From Raillietiella orientalis (lineage: Eukaryota): a stretch of DNA of 64,000 nucleotides. Location: assembly GCA_036172245.1 (NCBI GenBank), contig JAYWIR010000002.1, positions 3,224,001 through 3,288,000 of the forward strand. Direction: 5' to 3'. Both the position numbers and the translations under genes were made by a program. The notes under the pieces were generated by a model. That model did no database searches, had not been told where the DNA came from, and was given only the letters and a program-made list of their open reading frames with translations. Shown piece after piece: positions 61,812-64,000 of this stretch; within the stretch, counting starts at the first letter, position 1; each line of letters begins with the position of its first letter.

Positions 61812-64000
61812 ATTTTTTGTTTCATAAGGGTGAATAAAGTAAATTTACATTAGAAGTATTTATATATATTTTAATTCGTTAGGTGGATCTCTTTTGCATA
61901 CTGATTACTACTGAATTTATTGCCTGAAGTCACTTGAGTCAATGAAATCGCAGCTTATTATATGAAGGGATTAAAAGGGCCATGAGTGGAATAGCTCTTA
62001 AAAATGAAACCTGCAGAAGTATTGAGCTTCAGAAAAGAGAATAGGAAGAAAAAAAAGAATAATTTAAAGAGTTTTAATTATTCATTGTAACCACAGTCAT
62101 TCTCTAATAATCTTATGGTGGTTCTCATACTAACAGTCATGTCTTATTGTTTGATTTCACACTTCATAGATTCCTACTCACCACAAATCTATATTTAAAA
62201 AGAAATAATTGATTATCTGTGGAATCATCTGCATGATCTGCATTCAATCTCATTTCATAATTCATAGTAATGAAAAAAATACACTCCATTTCTTACAAGT
62301 CCTCTTCTACAAAGAGAGGAAATTTTGATGAGACTTTGTAGTGCTCGACGAATAAGAACTGGGCCACTTGTTGATTTCTTAGTGGAACAAGACATTTCAC
62401 ATGTGACTATCCTCTACAAACGACGAAACTACCAAGAGCCCATGCAGTCCTCACACTTCTCATGTGCGTAGAATCCCTGCTTTAGCTAGAGAGTCATCCA
62501 GTAAAAGTATTTCAAGTATTCCAGGACTTGAAGGTGTGTGGATTAATGCAAACAGAAAGCCCCTGTTCTCTCCAATATTAACTTCTCCTGATGTCATCTT
62601 TGTATGTCAAACCATAGAACTTTAGCTGGTACGCTGCAAGTTCTATCCCAGTGGAAACGGCGGAAGAATCAGCATTCACTCTGTTTATGTGTACAAGGAA
62701 AGAGAAGATAGTACTACAAGATAGTACTATGGACTGTTGCAGAACGATTTTTCCAGTCCTTGCAGTCGTGAAGCCTTAAGTGATGTCTTTCAGCTGCGGT
62801 TTGGCATACGTGTTTACCTGGTCGGACGTGTACATCCAGGGAGAAGCATGCAAGAGTTAGAAAATAACGGTCATGTAACAGAGACAAGGGATTCATTTTA
62901 TGCTCAATAAAACAATCATGCAGTTTCACAGGCTTCCTAATTTCGTTCCGATGCTTTTGTTGCAACCCTTGTGGTAACCTCAGTTGCATCTTCAGTGTGC
63001 CCTCCACTAAAACGATTCATTCACGATGTTCTTTCCGATAATGCATTTTGCAGGGTTTTTTTTTCTCTCCAAGGCCCGTTTTTCTTTAAAAAAAAGAATC
63101 ATTAAGACGTGTTGCGATAGTAGTACCACTCAGCAATAAGCAAAAACAAGCTAGCGAAAGGGAGCACAGAATGGTGGAATCGGTTTCCTGAACACGAATG
63201 TATTAGCAGATTTAGAGCCTAGTATCATAATTAATCAGTAGATAAGTAAGATGTAGTTGGGGACTTTTTTTGGTAACTTGCCACATGTCTAAATACTTGT
63301 CTTCTACTTTGATTTAGTTTTTTTTTTTTTTTAGACTTTAACAACAAAACATGCTTAATAGCTTCCTTGTTTGAACAGTTTAAGAAAGTTGAATTGTATT
63401 TTGTCGAATGTTTGCAATCCAAATCGTGTGATCAGTTCTCCAAATTCATGCAATGGCAAAGTCTGCTCATGTCAAACACAAGAAAGATTCTGGTGGCCCA
63501 GAAAACACAAGAAAAACTTGGAAACGATCAGCTAAAGTTCAAAGGAAAGAACTTCGACTATATATTCTTTTCGCAGTACCCTTGCTTTCCATTGCAGCTT
63601 ATATGACTTTCAAGGGATATCTAGAAACACGAGTAAATACATCACACAAGTCTCCGAAGGTATAATTTGTCATTAAAGAAAGTTTCCATTTTTCTGTGCC
63701 CAAGTAATGTCCTTCAGAAAATAAATGGTTTCTATGAACTGTTGTAAGTAACCAGACTTTATTTTCTGGAAAATTTTCCATTTCTTTATGACCAAAAGTA
63801 TAAAAGCGAATCATTGTGCTTCTAAAAAGCAGTTCTAAACTTTCATGAGCTACTTGGTGACCAAACAAGATTTTGGATTACAGATATCTGTTTTCTAGGT
63901 TGTACATAAGTCTGGACATGATGTGCCTAATAAATTTTGGGGTAGTTATCGACCAGGCTGTTATTTTGGTTTAAAGACCCGCACTGAGCAGTCATTGTTG

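Noticed and set aside
62300-63010. LRLPQGL, resembling an LTR-type RT motif
   Set aside because: No other RT motifs or LTRs visible.
1-64000. Prokaryotic operons, CRISPR arrays, tRNA or rRNA genes
   Set aside because: The sequence is eukaryotic with spliced genes; no spaced repeat array or recognisable tRNA/rRNA was seen.

Overview
Eukaryotic, arthropod-like genomic DNA with spliceosomal introns. The left ~31 kb is very GC-rich with many purine/pyrimidine tracts, and the right part (~37-64 kb) is AT-rich. Host genes, both on the minus strand: (i) the 5' part of a Sidestep/nephrin-like Ig-superfamily gene (5 exons, 721-13321, continuing off the left edge); (ii) a complete nucleoprotein TPR/Megator gene (39404-53888) with mostly 37-53 nt introns. 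A full-length L1/Tx1-type LINE (56014-61795, minus strand) is flanked by a 16-bp target-site duplication (TSD). Its ORF1 has an RRM-like region, 3 CCHC knuckles and one frameshift; its ORF2 is an intact 1172-aa APE-RT-CCHC protein. Main finding: the 5' UTR of this LINE, inside the TSD, is a full-length U4 snRNA-like sequence that keeps the U6-pairing arms, the kink-turn, the Sm site and the 3' hairpins. A second, diverged U4-like head (27140-27266) sits in front of a decayed copy of the same LINE family, and the two heads differ by compensatory substitutions. This suggests a LINE family that carries a U4 snRNA mimic under structural selection. The GC-rich zone also holds many decayed copies of the family and several inverted duplications. 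All alignments were made by eye.
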